From assembly GCA_043799675.1 (NCBI GenBank), contig JAZDNN010000040.1, forward strand, positions 1-52,751: a stretch of 52,751 bases of DNA, read 5' to 3'. A model generated the notes under the pieces. The model had not been told where the DNA came from, ran no database searches, and was given only the letters and a program-made list of their open reading frames with translations. This stretch comes from Candidatus Aenigmatarchaeota archaeon (GTDB lineage: Archaea; Aenigmatarchaeota; Aenigmatarchaeia; Aenigmatarchaeales; JACQIB01). The position numbers and the translations under genes were made by a program. The first letter of the stretch is position 1, and each line of letters starts with the position of its first letter. This document shows, piece after piece, positions 27,310-37,177 of the stretch.

Positions 27310-28479
27310 TCACGACGTTATCCCCGCAAGTTTTTTCATACTTATTGCTTCCTGTATCTGGAACATGACGCGCTCGGCCATGGAAAGCGGCCGTCCATCC
27401 TGTTCGCGGTAAGTGCCCTCGTCGGCCAGTTCGGCATACCATGCGCCCGTTGCCGCGTTGGTGCCGCCGAACAGGCGTCCCGTTATTTCCATGGGCCTTA
27501 TTTCAAGGTTATCGGTGACTATGCACTCCAGACAGAACGGTCCGACCACCTCCTGCCCTCCGTCGAAAATCTGCTTCGATGCGTCCACCACCTTCCTTCC
27601 TTGCAGCAGCGCCCGTTTGATAAGGGATTCCCTGAACACGACTTCGTAGTTGCCCGTGACGGTGAAGCTCGGTTCCATGCCGAGCTGCTTCTGTTTTTTC
27701 GGCGTCAGCATGCCTATTATCCTCGGCCTGCCGTCCGCCGTGGTCTCCACCCTGACGTCGCAGCCTCGCATTTCCAAGTGTCCATTTCCGCATTTGTAAC
27801 CTTCTTTGGAAAGCGGGTCCTGGAAAAAATGCGTGTAATATCTCGGGCCGTCCAGGAATTCCTGTACAACGATGTCATCCGTTTCGTCTTTCTCCAGGCG
27901 TCCGTCCGCTAGTCTTGCCTTGATTTCTGTGTCGTATTCCTCCTTTCCGCTCACCAGGAAGAATCCTTTTCCGCCCTTGGCTCCACCCCTCTTGATCAGG
28001 TAGAGTTTGTCTCCCTTCATGTCCTTGGGCTCCATGATGTCCGCCATCGGCAGGCCCGCAATATCTTTCAGCCACGTGCTTTGGACTTTTTTGTTTATCT
28101 CCCATTTCATGGCGTCCCTGTACCCGTGGAAGGGCAGTTCCACTTTCATGTTTTCAAGCCCAAGTGCCTCCTGCTGTGTGCCGTGCGGGATTATGTATGC
28201 GTTTTTTCCCCTGAGCTCCGCTTGGACGTCGGCTTTCAGCATGTCCCTGTAATTTTGCACGCGGAAGAAATCATCCGGTTTTCCGCCCGGAAAGGCGTCA
28301 TACCACTCCCCATCGTCCTTGCTGTCGATTATTCCGATTGAAGGGAATCTGAAACGCCTCGCGGCCTGGAATATCTGCAGTGAGGCGCTGCTGCATATGC
28401 TGGCAATGTGAAGTTTTTTGACATCGTACTGCTCGAGCACTTCATGTCCGATGCTCTTGGCTGCAACGCCCACATCCAT
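27310..28479 (-). CDS. purP: PurP-family ATP-grasp protein (formate-dependent AICAR ligase-like), divergent
   Basis: ICSSASLQI, IIPHG, GAKGGKGFF, VTGN...RESL, GPFCLE, EITGRLFGGTN, SMAERV. Confidence 0.8.
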   Translation of the reverse strand: MDVGVAAKSIGHEVLEQYDVKKLHIASICSSASLQIFQAARRFRFPSIGIIDSKDDGEWYDAFPGGKPDDFFRVQNYRDMLKADVQAELRGKNAYIIPHGTQQEALGLENMKVELPFHGYRDAMKWEINKKVQSTWLKDIAGLPMADIMEPKDMKGDKLYLIKRGGAKGGKGFFLVSGKEEYDTEIKARLADGRLEKDETDDIVVQEFLDGPRYYTHFFQDPLSKEGYKCGNGHLEMRGCDVRVETTADGRPRIIGMLTPKKQKQLGMEPSFTVTGNYEVVFRESLIKRALLQGRKVVDASKQIFDGGQEVVGPFCLECIVTDNLEIRPMEITGRLFGGTNAATGAWYAELADEGTYREQDGRPLSMAERVMFQIQEAISMKKLAGITS

Positions 28480-28535
28480 GCCTAATCAGGCGTTTTGTGG
28501 AATAAATTCATGCGTCTATTAACTTAGAAAATGAC

Positions 28536-28724
28536 TCATTTCGCCTTGATTGCGGCCGTCTTTACCTTCTTCCTGGTCCAGTTCACCCTGGACGGGTTCC
28601 TGCCCAGCGCGGCGTTCTTTTCGCATTTTGAACTGCACCAGTAGAGCAGCTTGCCGTCATTCTTGACCAGCAGCTTGCCTGTTCCTACCTTCAGCTCATC
28701 GCCGCAAAAACTGCATTTGCTCAT
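28536..28724 (-). CDS. rpl24e: 50S ribosomal protein L24e
   Basis: [26 protein letters not shown]. Confidence 0.95.
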   Translation of the reverse strand: MSKCSFCGDELKVGTGKLLVKNDGKLLYWCSSKCEKNAALGRNPSRVNWTRKKVKTAAIKAK

Positions 28725-28730
28725 TTTTCA

Positions 28731-28901
28731 TCAGGCCTTTATCGCACCGACCGGGCACGAATCCACCGTTTCCTTGACGTTGCACTTTGCCTTCGGGTTC
28801 TTGACGTGGCTCTTTCCGTTGCCGCCTATCTCGAACATGTCCGGGCATATCGCAACGCACGCGCCGCAGCCTATGCACTTGTTTTGATCAACGCTTACCA
28901 T
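28731..28901 (-). CDS. Monocluster [4Fe-4S] ferredoxin (56 aa, not in the ORF track)
   Basis: Manual translation MVSVDQNKCIGCGACVAICPDMFEIGGNGKSHVKNPKAKCNVKETVDSCPVGAIKA*; SD GAGGTGA. Confidence 0.92.
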   Translation of the reverse strand: MVSVDQNKCIGCGACVAICPDMFEIGGNGKSHVKNPKAKCNVKETVDSCPVGAIKA

Positions 28902-28906
28902 CCATC

Positions 28907-29206
28907 TCACCTCGGTTCCATTGCTCCCGCCGCTTCCATTTCGGTTTCACGCAGCATGAGGACGTCCCCGACCCTTACCGGGCCCAGGACGTTGCGTATC
29001 AGCATCTTCCCCTCGTCCCTCCCCGTGAGGACCTTGCAGCGGACCTGCATCACTCCCTTGATTCCGCTGCGTCCCATCAGCTGGAGGACCTCGGCAGGCC
29101 ACGCTTCCGCTCCGACCCTTATTCCCGCGGTCGGTGCCCTTGATTGCTCCCGCTGCTTGCCTTCGGCCGGCTTTGCCTCAGCCTTGTCGGATTTTTCCTC
29201 AGCCAT
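28907..29206 (-). CDS. rps28e: 30S ribosomal protein S28e with charged N-terminal extension
   Basis: GRSGIKG..QVRCKVL.G.D....[19 protein letters not shown]. Confidence 0.95.
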   Translation of the reverse strand: MAEEKSDKAEAKPAEGKQREQSRAPTAGIRVGAEAWPAEVLQLMGRSGIKGVMQVRCKVLTGRDEGKMLIRNVLGPVRVGDVLMLRETEMEAAGAMEPR

Positions 29207-29221
29207 AATTCTCAGTTGGTT

Positions 29222-29539
29222 TTATTTCTTTTTTGTCATGCTTTCTATGATTTTCTTGGCATCGCCTGCTTCCAGTATCGCCACTGCAGCGGTACCAACT
29301 TCTATGCCTGCCGCCCTTCCGAGGTCCGCCTTGGTTGCTACTTTTGCATACGGTATCTTTTTCTCATCGCACAGCGGCGGCAGATGCATCACGACTTCCT
29401 TGGGTTGCACGTCCTCCGCTATCACAATGAGCTTGGCTATTCCCCTCTCGGCGGCCTTGGTGGCTTCGTTGGTTCCTATCCTTATCTTGCCCGTGGCCTT
29501 GGCCAGTTCGATTGCCTTAAGTGCGTCTTCTCCTGCCAT
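29222..29539 (-). CDS. rpl7ae: 50S ribosomal protein L7Ae
   Basis: [35 protein letters not shown]. Confidence 0.96.
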   Translation of the reverse strand: MAGEDALKAIELAKATGKIRIGTNEATKAAERGIAKLIVIAEDVQPKEVVMHLPPLCDEKKIPYAKVATKADLGRAAGIEVGTAAVAILEAGDAKKIIESMTKKK

Positions 29540-29545
29540 CTCATC

Positions 29546-29561
29546 ACCTCATTTCATTGGT
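29546..29561 (-). promoter_or_regulatory. Putative K-loop/K-turn in the L7Ae 5' UTR overlapping the SD
   Basis: ACC-AAU-GA-AAU-GA-GGU: 3-bp C-stem, 3-nt bulge, tandem G.A pairs. Confidence 0.6.
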
Positions 29562-29628
29562 TCGACCTTGTCGATAATGCAAAAGCTCTCGCAGAGTATA
29601 TAAATCCTTCATTTCGCAGTTATGTTCC

Positions 29629-29889
29629 ATGGTAACCGGACCGGAAACCAGTTATGAGGTGACGGAAAAGGGCAGGGAGAAGGTGGAGAAGTTCAGAGCC
29701 ACCGGTCGGGTACAGAGCTATGATTTCGACATTCTCAATCGCCTCAACAACCAGCCTGATACGCTCACGCACCTTCGCGACCGTCTGGGCGACTCCGGCA
29801 TGTACAGGGGCCCCGACGGCCTCGCCGCCCTGAAGGAATACCTGGACAAGCTGGAGCAAAGGGGCGACATAAGGTCCAGCAAGGCCTGA
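29629..29889 (+). CDS. Small hypothetical protein, winged-helix-like
   Basis: YEVTEKG and YLDKLEQRGDI patterns typical of wHTH; divergent from L7Ae. Confidence 0.55.
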   Translation: MVTGPETSYEVTEKGREKVEKFRATGRVQSYDFDILNRLNNQPDTLTHLRDRLGDSGMYRGPDGLAALKEYLDKLEQRGDIRSSKA

Positions 29890-29895
29890 GATAGC

Positions 29896-31554
29896 TCACT
29901 TGTGCGCCAGATAGAAAACGTGCGGCTTTACCGAATCACAGCGTGCAAAGCTTATCCTTTCAAATTGCACCATATCATCCACCTTTGCTTTGATTATGTC
30001 CGGCTCGGCAATGCCTCTGACCTTCTTTCCCAGTTGGGTGACAATCTCAACAGGCACATTCTTCTGCCCGACCCAGTGGAGCTTGGGAGTGTCCTTCACG
30101 GGCATGCCTGTGAATTTTGCCGTGCTGTCAAGGATGAAGTTGGCCATGTGCATCAGCCTGACCTCCTTGCCCCTGTTGGCTATGAAATCGGTTTTCTCTA
30201 TGAACATCTTCTTGGAAACAGGGATTGAGCGGTACGTCTTTTTGCCTGGATACACCGGTGCCTTCACCATCTTTACCGGTATCTGGTCGAGCTCTATCTC
30301 GACCGGTTCTGCCAGGAAGAAATACCGGTTGGCCTTGCTGTCTATCAGCTCGCGGTTCATCGTGTATAGGATGTTCAGGTCGAGGGTGGTCTCGCTGGTG
30401 TTCAGGCCCAAGGCAAGCATGTAGCTCCGTATTGCCTGGGGTTGTATCCCCCTCCTCTTCAGAGCGGGCAGGAACACGAGCCGCGGGTCGTCCCAGCCCG
30501 AGTAAATTCCTTTTCTCATCCCTTCCAGCGCTTTGCTTTTGGAAATGACCATGTCCTCGGTGGAAAGCAGCTTTCCATAAACAGTGGTATGCGGATAATC
30601 CCACCCCATGTGCTGGTATAGTATCCTTTGTCTTGCCTCCGAAATCATCAGGTCCTTCCCTCGCAGTATGTGCGTTATCCCGAACTCCTTGTCATCGATG
30701 GCGGAAGCAAAGTCCAGCATCGGCCAGACATGGACGTCAGGCTCGAACGGATGCTGCGGGTTGTCCACTATCCTGAACGCCACCCAGTCCAGCACTGCCG
30801 GGTCCGCGATGTCCTGCGGTGTCTTTATCCTTCCGACAGCCTGCCCTTCCTTCAGCTCCCCTATCTGCATCTTCTCCCAGAGCTCGAGGTTCTTTTCTTT
30901 CGAATTGTCCCTGCACGGGCATGTCCCCCTTCCCACGCGCACCATCTCGCTCCATTCCTCTTGGCCGCAGGTGCAGACGTAGGCGAACCCCTTTCCGAGG
31001 ATTTCTTTGAAATATTTGTAATAAGTTTCAATTCTGCTTGAAGCCCTGATAACTTTCGAGTATTTCACTCCGAGCCATTTCAGTCCTTCTTCCATCCAGG
31101 CATACGCTTCCTTCATCGGTACCTTGTTCGGGTTCTTCGGGTCCGTGTCATCGAACCTCAGAATCAGCTTTCCCTTGTACTTCCTGACATACTCGTCATT
31201 GAGAATCACCATCCTGCAGTGCCCGATGTGCATGGGTGCGGTCGGGTTGGGGGCCATCCGCATTATTACTTTCCCGGATTTTGCGTTTTCCAGCTCCGGC
31301 AGCCCCTTCTTCTCCTCCTTCTTCGGTTTCGCGATTTTGCCGAACTTGGCCAATTCGTCTTTTTGTTTTGAAGCCGACCAACCGTTGACATCCTTGACTA
31401 TGGCAACAACCAGCTTGCCCAGCGCAGCCATGTCCTTCTTTGCTTCCGGCTCTTCTGCAATGACCTTCCCTATTACCGAGCCTGCGCTGGCCTTACCGTT
31501 GAAGTCTGCCGCATTGATGATGGCGTGCTTGAGAACTATCTTCCTGAGTTCCAT
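29896..31554 (-). CDS. gltX: Glutamyl-tRNA synthetase (archaeal)
   Basis: RMAPNP...HIGH, LRFDDTDP, THILRGKD, ISKS, GWDDPRL, QFER. Confidence 0.96.
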   Translation of the reverse strand: MELRKIVLKHAIINAADFNGKASAGSVIGKVIAEEPEAKKDMAALGKLVVAIVKDVNGWSASKQKDELAKFGKIAKPKKEEKKGLPELENAKSGKVIMRMAPNPTAPMHIGHCRMVILNDEYVRKYKGKLILRFDDTDPKNPNKVPMKEAYAWMEEGLKWLGVKYSKVIRASSRIETYYKYFKEILGKGFAYVCTCGQEEWSEMVRVGRGTCPCRDNSKEKNLELWEKMQIGELKEGQAVGRIKTPQDIADPAVLDWVAFRIVDNPQHPFEPDVHVWPMLDFASAIDDKEFGITHILRGKDLMISEARQRILYQHMGWDYPHTTVYGKLLSTEDMVISKSKALEGMRKGIYSGWDDPRLVFLPALKRRGIQPQAIRSYMLALGLNTSETTLDLNILYTMNRELIDSKANRYFFLAEPVEIELDQIPVKMVKAPVYPGKKTYRSIPVSKKMFIEKTDFIANRGKEVRLMHMANFILDSTAKFTGMPVKDTPKLHWVGQKNVPVEIVTQLGKKVRGIAEPDIIKAKVDDMVQFERISFARCDSVKPHVFYLAHK

Positions 31555-31592
31555 GTAAGAATATGCGGCGGTGCGGTTGATAAAAGCTTCTC

Positions 31593-32291
31593 TCAGCGGC
31601 GTCCGCGGGTCTGTCCGCGCATGCTCCGGCCGCCGCGTGCTCCGCCCCTTCCGCCCCGCATGCCGTCCCTCATGGACCTTCCGCCCCGCTCCTCGCGCGG
31701 TTTCCTTTCCCTTGTATCTTCGGGCGCCTCGAAATCCTCCAGCTTGGCCGTGAACTCCTCATCGGTCTTTATTACTCCCCTTTCCTTGAGGACTTCCCTT
31801 GCCAGCGCCCACCAGATCATCGCCAGCGATTTCCTTCCCTTGTTGTTGCACGGAATCACGAAATCAACTGCACCGGTCTCGTTGAACGTGTCGCACAGCG
31901 CTATTATCGGTATCCTCTGCTTGACCGCCTCCACCACCGCCTGCTTGTCTATGAGGGGGTCGGTGACTATGATGACCTGCGGTTCAAAGTAGCCCGGGAA
32001 TGCCGGGTTGGTTATGGTTCCGGGCAGGAACCTTCCGTTGTTTATCTTTGCTCCGGTAAGCTCCCCGAACTTTGACGCCGGTTTCTGCCCCGCGAGCTTC
32101 CTGCTGACGATCATTATCCGCTCGTAATTCTTCAGGAACTTGGCGGTGGTTTTTATCCTTTCCTCTATCATCGCCACATTGAGAATTGCCAATCCGTCCT
32201 GGCGCACCTTGTAGATGAACCTGCGCATGTTGGCGGTCTGTTGCTTCATGCCGATATGCACACCCGCCTGCATGTATTCATCTGTCGTCAT
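31593..32291 (-). CDS. rps2: 30S ribosomal protein S2 with RGG-rich C-terminal tail
   Basis: AGVHIG, GRFLPGTITNP, DP..DKQAV.EA, IPCNNKGRKSLA; ATG 32291 fits the TATA at about 32315-32322. Confidence 0.95.
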   Translation of the reverse strand: MTTDEYMQAGVHIGMKQQTANMRRFIYKVRQDGLAILNVAMIEERIKTTAKFLKNYERIMIVSRKLAGQKPASKFGELTGAKINNGRFLPGTITNPAFPGYFEPQVIIVTDPLIDKQAVVEAVKQRIPIIALCDTFNETGAVDFVIPCNNKGRKSLAMIWWALAREVLKERGVIKTDEEFTAKLEDFEAPEDTRERKPREERGGRSMRDGMRGGRGGARGGRSMRGQTRGRR

Positions 32292-32343
32292 ATTCCGCAA
32301 GCTCGTGTCGGAACTATATAAACCTATTCAGAAATGATGCTTG

Positions 32344-33597
32344 CTACGCCCATCCCCTGAGCCTTACCGCGTCCGCCACCTTCTTGACAGCCACAAGATA
32401 TGCAGCAACCCGCATGTCCACTTGCTTTTCCTTGCTCATGCAAAGCACCTCGCTGAACGCATGTGTCATTATGCAGTCGAGCCTGCTGTACACCTCATCG
32501 ATGGCCCAGTAGTATCCGTACAGGTTCTGCACCCATTCGAAATAGCTCACGGTCACCCCTCCCGCGTTGCACAGGAAGTCCGGTATCACGAATATGCCTT
32601 TCTTGTGAAGGACCTTGTCCGCCTCGGGCGTGGTCGGGCCGTTCGCCAATTCTGCCACCACCTTCGCCTTGATTTTATCCGCGTTCGCGTGGGTTATCTG
32701 GTTCTCCAATGCTGCCGGACAGAGGATGTCCACCGGCAGCTCCAGCAGCTCCTCGTTGGTCACGTCCTTCGCACCGGCAAAGCCGACGACGCTTTCCGTC
32801 TTTTCCTTGTGCTTGAACACCGCGTCCGGGTCCAGCCCTTTCGGATTGTAGATGCCGCCCTTGCTGTCGCTTACGGCGACTATCTTGGCTCCCATCTCTT
32901 TGAGAAGTATCGCGACATACGAGCCCGCGTTCCCGAAACCCTGGATTGCCACGGTGGTTTTCTTGATGTCCATCTTCAGGTGCTTGGCCGCCTCGCGCAT
33001 GCAGAATACCGCTCCCTTGGCGGTCGCATCGCTCCTTCCCTGGCTTCCGCCGAGCTCGATCGGCTTGCCTGTTATCATGCCCGGTTCCTTCCTGCCTGTC
33101 ATCTTCTCGTACTCGTCCAGCATCCATGCCATGATTTGCCCGTTGGTGTAAACGTCCGGGGCAGGCACGTCCTTCCACGCTCCGAGATGCTGCCCGAACG
33201 CGCGGATGTAACCCCTGCTTAATCTTTCAATTTCCCCCTGGCTCATCTTTTTCGGGTCGCAGATTACTCCGCCCTTCCCGCCGCCCAGCGGTATTCCCAC
33301 TACCGCCGTCTTCCAGGTCATCCATGCGGACAGCGCTTTGACGGTATCGATTGTCTCCTGCGGGTGGAACCTTATTCCGCCCTTGCACGGTCCCCGCGCA
33401 TCGTTGTACTGGACCCTGAACCCGTGAAAATTCTTTGTTTTTCCGTCATCCATCCTGACCGGAATGTCAGCCTCAAACACGCGCATCGGTTCCCTCAAGA
33501 AAGCGTGCATCTTCGGGTCAATGTTCAGGATTTTTGCTGCAGTATCGAGCTGCTGTTGCGCAATTTTGAACGGATTCATTTCCTCAGGCACAATCAA
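32344..33597 (-). CDS. gdhA: Glutamate dehydrogenase
   Basis: [57 protein letters not shown]. Confidence 0.96.
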   Translation of the reverse strand: MIVPEEMNPFKIAQQQLDTAAKILNIDPKMHAFLREPMRVFEADIPVRMDDGKTKNFHGFRVQYNDARGPCKGGIRFHPQETIDTVKALSAWMTWKTAVVGIPLGGGKGGVICDPKKMSQGEIERLSRGYIRAFGQHLGAWKDVPAPDVYTNGQIMAWMLDEYEKMTGRKEPGMITGKPIELGGSQGRSDATAKGAVFCMREAAKHLKMDIKKTTVAIQGFGNAGSYVAILLKEMGAKIVAVSDSKGGIYNPKGLDPDAVFKHKEKTESVVGFAGAKDVTNEELLELPVDILCPAALENQITHANADKIKAKVVAELANGPTTPEADKVLHKKGIFVIPDFLCNAGGVTVSYFEWVQNLYGYYWAIDEVYSRLDCIMTHAFSEVLCMSKEKQVDMRVAAYLVAVKKVADAVRLRGWA

Positions 33598-33635
33598 AAC
33601 CTCGATGTGCTATCGGCGCTCCGTTAATATAAACC

Positions 33636-34823
33636 TTATGCCCTCAGCTTCAGCCTGGCCATCTCGGGCCTGCCCTTCTCGCTCATGCCCGCCCAGATTT
33701 CCATCAGGCGGTTCAGCTTGGCCACCCTTTCCCCTCCGGCTATCCCGCACTTTATCAGGGGCGCTTCTGTCCCCACCGCAAGGTCCGCTATGAAAGTCTC
33801 GCAGGTGTCCTGGCCGCGGTGGCTGACTACATGGATCATCCTGCCGTTCTTGGCGGCATCAATCGCCCTTAGGGTCTTGCCAACCGTTCCCGCCTGGTCC
33901 GGCTTGATTATCACCGCATTGGCCTGCCCGGCTTGGGCTATCTGTGTCACCCTGTGCGGCTGCGTGCAGGCCAGATCATCGGCTACTACCAGCGCCTTGC
34001 TCTTCGAGTTGAACTCCGCCCACAGCATGGAATCCCTCGCATCGAACGGGTCCTCTATGTAGGCCAGCCTGTACTTCTCCGCCATCATCTTCAGGAATTC
34101 CAGCTGCTCCCCGGAGTCGAATTCCCTTGCCATCGAAGGCCAGACGTACTTGTTGCCGTGCATCAGCTGTCCGGCAGCGACATCTATCCCGACCAGGCAG
34201 CCGTTCGCTTCCGCTATGTTCGTGACAAGGTCCAGCGTCTTTACGTCATCGGCGTTCGTTATCCACGCCCCTTCGTCGTCCCTTCCGAAATTCCCGCCCG
34301 CCTTGATTGTCTGCCCTATCTCCCGCCAGACGGTTATGTTCGTTTCTATCGCCTCGGCCATGGTCTTTGCCTTTGCCGGAATCACCAGGAACTCTTGTAT
34401 GCTTGTGTGACCGCCGTGCGCCCCGCCGCCGACAGCGTTGCCCACGGGGAACGGGAACGAGGTTGATCTGCCGTCGGAAAGTGCCTGCCAGACCTGCCCG
34501 TTGGTCCCGGCCTTTGTCAGCGCCATTGTGAGTGCTGTCCCGAGCAGGGATCCTATCCTTTCAAGGTCCTTCCCGCCGGCTGCTTCTACAAGGGCGTCGA
34601 GCCTGTCCCATTCGGTCTCGTTCTTTCCGATCAGCAGGCGCTTCAGCTCGGGAAACACCTTCGCAATCTCGGCCATGCTTATCGTGGCGGCCTCCCATTT
34701 TCCCTTGCTCTCGCCGGTGGGCGCGGTCGCGGAAAAGGTCTTGTTCTCGGTCTTCACATAAACTCTCAGCGTCCTCCCGCACTTTCCGTTCCATACGGGC
34801 AGGGCTACGATATCTTTAATCAT
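33636..34823 (-). CDS. eno: Enolase (divergent)
   Basis: GGAH..IQEF, DEG, IGIDVAA, YIEDPF, ADDL, IKPDQAG, SHR, IKCG, ERVAKLNRL; follows rpoK. Confidence 0.88.
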   Translation of the reverse strand: MIKDIVALPVWNGKCGRTLRVYVKTENKTFSATAPTGESKGKWEAATISMAEIAKVFPELKRLLIGKNETEWDRLDALVEAAGGKDLERIGSLLGTALTMALTKAGTNGQVWQALSDGRSTSFPFPVGNAVGGGAHGGHTSIQEFLVIPAKAKTMAEAIETNITVWREIGQTIKAGGNFGRDDEGAWITNADDVKTLDLVTNIAEANGCLVGIDVAAGQLMHGNKYVWPSMAREFDSGEQLEFLKMMAEKYRLAYIEDPFDARDSMLWAEFNSKSKALVVADDLACTQPHRVTQIAQAGQANAVIIKPDQAGTVGKTLRAIDAAKNGRMIHVVSHRGQDTCETFIADLAVGTEAPLIKCGIAGGERVAKLNRLMEIWAGMSEKGRPEMARLKLRA

Positions 34824-34848
34824 GCGCAAAATTCGTTCGGCCTACTTA

Positions 34849-35058
34849 TTAAGATGATTCCAGCCGCGGAGGCATTTTCCGCTTGACGTCAAGAGGAATC
34901 ACTCCCGCTTCGAGCTCGGCTTCGGCAATCTTGACGGGGTCCGGGTCCTTGCAGTCAATCAACGGAGGGGCTCCCCTGCTTATCTGAAGGGCTCGTGCAC
35001 CTATCATCCTTGCCTTTTCAAAACGGGTGTACTCTTTCTTTTCCTTCTCGGCAGGCAT
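34849..35058 (-). CDS. rpoK: RNA polymerase subunit K (Rpo6)
   Basis: [25 protein letters not shown] 35058 with a TATA at about 35082-35089. Confidence 0.95.
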   Translation of the reverse strand: MPAEKEKKEYTRFEKARMIGARALQISRGAPPLIDCKDPDPVKIAEAELEAGVIPLDVKRKMPPRLESS

Positions 35059-35084
35059 GAGTTGCTTACAGTCTCGGAGTGTAT

Positions 35085-35381
35085 TTAAAGTTGCTGTAAG
35101 ACGCACTTTTCGCCGTCGAAACATTCGCCCTCGGGGCATCGGCATGTCTGGACCTGGTGGCTGTTTGTCGGCGAGCAGCCGCACGCCCCTATCATACATG
35201 AGTTCGGGAAATCGCCCGTGGCGATGCAGCACGTTCCCGTGCTTACCGTCCCGCCCGATAAGGTGCACATCTCCGCGGGTTCCACCGGTACGTTGGAGAA
35301 CGATATCCAAAGAATCAACGAGACGAAAACGATGACCACGGCTGCGGCAAGCAGGAAGAATATCTTTGTTCCTCTTTCCAT
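35085..35381 (-). CDS. Small membrane-anchored Cys-rich protein (10 Cys)
   Basis: N-terminal TM helix then CTLSGG..CC..C..CGC..CRC..CFDGEKC. Confidence 0.7.
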   Translation of the reverse strand: MERGTKIFFLLAAAVVIVFVSLILWISFSNVPVEPAEMCTLSGGTVSTGTCCIATGDFPNSCMIGACGCSPTNSHQVQTCRCPEGECFDGEKCVLQQL

Positions 35382-35413
35382 GCAGTGGATTGCCTTGACC
35401 GGAATATAAGCTT

Positions 35414-35644
35414 TCAGGGCGGTTTTTTCTGCCCGGGGTTCTTTTCCTCATCAGCGAATGCGGCTTTTTCATCGTATGCGAACGGACACCTGATTTTTTC
35501 ACACAGGTGCACTTCGTGTGTCAGCGGGTCGTAACATTTTGTCGTATCGTATTGCGGATGACTGCTGCACATGTCTGAAGTCGAATCGAGGTCGGACCCT
35601 CCCATCCATCTCCGGGTCGGCCACGGGCTTTTTACCGGCACCAC
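35414..35644 (-). CDS. Small hypothetical protein with 4 Cys/His
   Basis: Abuts the ahcY stop; GTG start. Confidence 0.45.
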   Translation of the reverse strand: MVPVKSPWPTRRWMGGSDLDSTSDMCSSHPQYDTTKCYDPLTHEVHLCEKIRCPFAYDEKAAFADEEKNPGQKKPP

Positions 35645-36895
35645 TTACGTCCCTTCAGAATAGGCGGTCTTGTACTTCTCCTGCTCCGCGCTCAGCTTGT
35701 CCAGCTCTATTCCCATCGTCCTGAGCTTTATTCCTGCGACGTGTTCGTCCTGCGATTTCGGGATGTCGTACACGTCCGGTTTCAGCTGCTTCCCGTTATG
35801 TGCGAGATGTATCATTCCGAGCAGTTGGTTCGCGAAGCTCATGTCCATCACCTCGGACGGATGCCCTTCCGCGGCCGCCAGGTTGACAAGCCTCCCCTGG
35901 GCCAGCAGGTAAATGTGCCGGTTGTTCTTTATTGTGTACTCCTCGTTGTTGTCCCTCACCGTCCTCTTGCCCGTTGAAATAGATCCGAGCTCGTCGATGT
36001 TGATTTCGCAGTTGTAGTGCCCGGTGTTGCAAACTATTGCGCCGTCCTTCATCTTCAGGAAGTGCTCTTTCCTTATCACGTCCTTCATTCCGGTGGTGGT
36101 TATGAATATGTCCCCGATGCCTGCCGCATTTCCCATCGGCATCACCTGGAAGCCTTCCATCCTGGCCTTCAATGCCTGGATCGGTCGCACCTCGGTGATT
36201 ATCACGTTCGAACCCATCCCCCTTGCCCGCATCGCCACTCCCCTTCCGCAGTGCCCGTATCCCGCCACCACGAAGTTCTTGCCGGCAAGCAGCACCGATG
36301 TCGCCCTGAGTATCCCGTCAAGAGAAGATTGTCCCGTCCCGTAGACGTTGTCGAAGTCCCATTTGGTCTCCGCGTCGTTGATTGCCATTATCGGGTAGCG
36401 CAGCTTCCCGTCCTTCGCCATCGCCCTCAGCCTGTGGACCCCCGTGGTGGTCTCTTCCGTTCCGCCTATCACGTGCTGGATGAGTTCGGGGTGCTTGTTG
36501 TGCAGCGTGAAAATCAGGTCGGCCCCGTCATCGAGCGTGAGTGTCGGTTTGTATTTGAGCGTCTCCTCGATCGCCCAGTAGAACTCGTCCTTGTTCATCC
36601 CGTGCCACGCGAATATCGGAATTCCCTCCGCGGCAAGTGCGGCGGCAATGTCGTCCTGGGTGCTCAAAGGGTTGCATCCGCTCCAGCTGACTTCCGCCCC
36701 GGCATCCCTCAGGGTCCTTATCAGCACCGCGGTCTCCTTTGTCACGTGCAAACATCCTGCAATCCTCATTCCCTTCAGAGGCTTCGTCTTGGAATATTCG
36801 TTCCTGAGTTCCATCAGCACGGGCATCCTGCTTTCCGCCCATTCTATCTTGAGCTTACCCTGCGCCGCGAGAGAAATGTCCTTGACTTTTGACAC
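35645..36895 (-). CDS. ahcY: S-adenosylhomocysteine hydrolase
   Basis: GCLHVTKET, NPLSTQD, DDGAD, EETTTG, FDNVYGTGQS, GYGHCGRG, GRLVNL..AEGHP. Confidence 0.97.
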   Translation of the reverse strand: MSKVKDISLAAQGKLKIEWAESRMPVLMELRNEYSKTKPLKGMRIAGCLHVTKETAVLIRTLRDAGAEVSWSGCNPLSTQDDIAAALAAEGIPIFAWHGMNKDEFYWAIEETLKYKPTLTLDDGADLIFTLHNKHPELIQHVIGGTEETTTGVHRLRAMAKDGKLRYPIMAINDAETKWDFDNVYGTGQSSLDGILRATSVLLAGKNFVVAGYGHCGRGVAMRARGMGSNVIITEVRPIQALKARMEGFQVMPMGNAAGIGDIFITTTGMKDVIRKEHFLKMKDGAIVCNTGHYNCEINIDELGSISTGKRTVRDNNEEYTIKNNRHIYLLAQGRLVNLAAAEGHPSEVMDMSFANQLLGMIHLAHNGKQLKPDVYDIPKSQDEHVAGIKLRTMGIELDKLSAEQEKYKTAYSEGT

Positions 36896-36936
36896 GCCCT
36901 ATCATGGAAGATAAGTTATAAAAAGGCGACTGAAGC

Positions 36937-37149
36937 TCAAGCACAGCGTTTTTTCATCGCTCTGCATATCCCTTTCAGGGTCTCTTGCGCCATTTTATTG
37001 CCTACGTAGTGCGCCTGCTCCTCGGGCGTCATGCCGGCAAGCTTCTCCTGTTCCTCCCTTTCCGCCCTTTTCGCATAGGCGTTCGGAAGGAAGCGCTTCT
37101 CTATCTGCGCAATGCTGTAGAACACGTCTATCTTTCTTGGCATGCACAT
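36937..37149 (-). CDS. Small hypothetical protein
   Basis: C-terminal part of the track ORF from ATG 37149/37143; TATA-like TTTTATAA just upstream. Confidence 0.5.
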   Translation of the reverse strand: MCMPRKIDVFYSIAQIEKRFLPNAYAKRAEREEQEKLAGMTPEEQAHYVGNKMAQETLKGICRAMKKRCA

Positions 37150-37177
37150 AATGCGCGGCAAAAACTTATAAAAGGCT

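Noticed and set aside
35059..35502. Long N-terminal extension on rpoK
   Set aside because: Overlaps other genes; RpoK homology and a TATA box support ATG 35058
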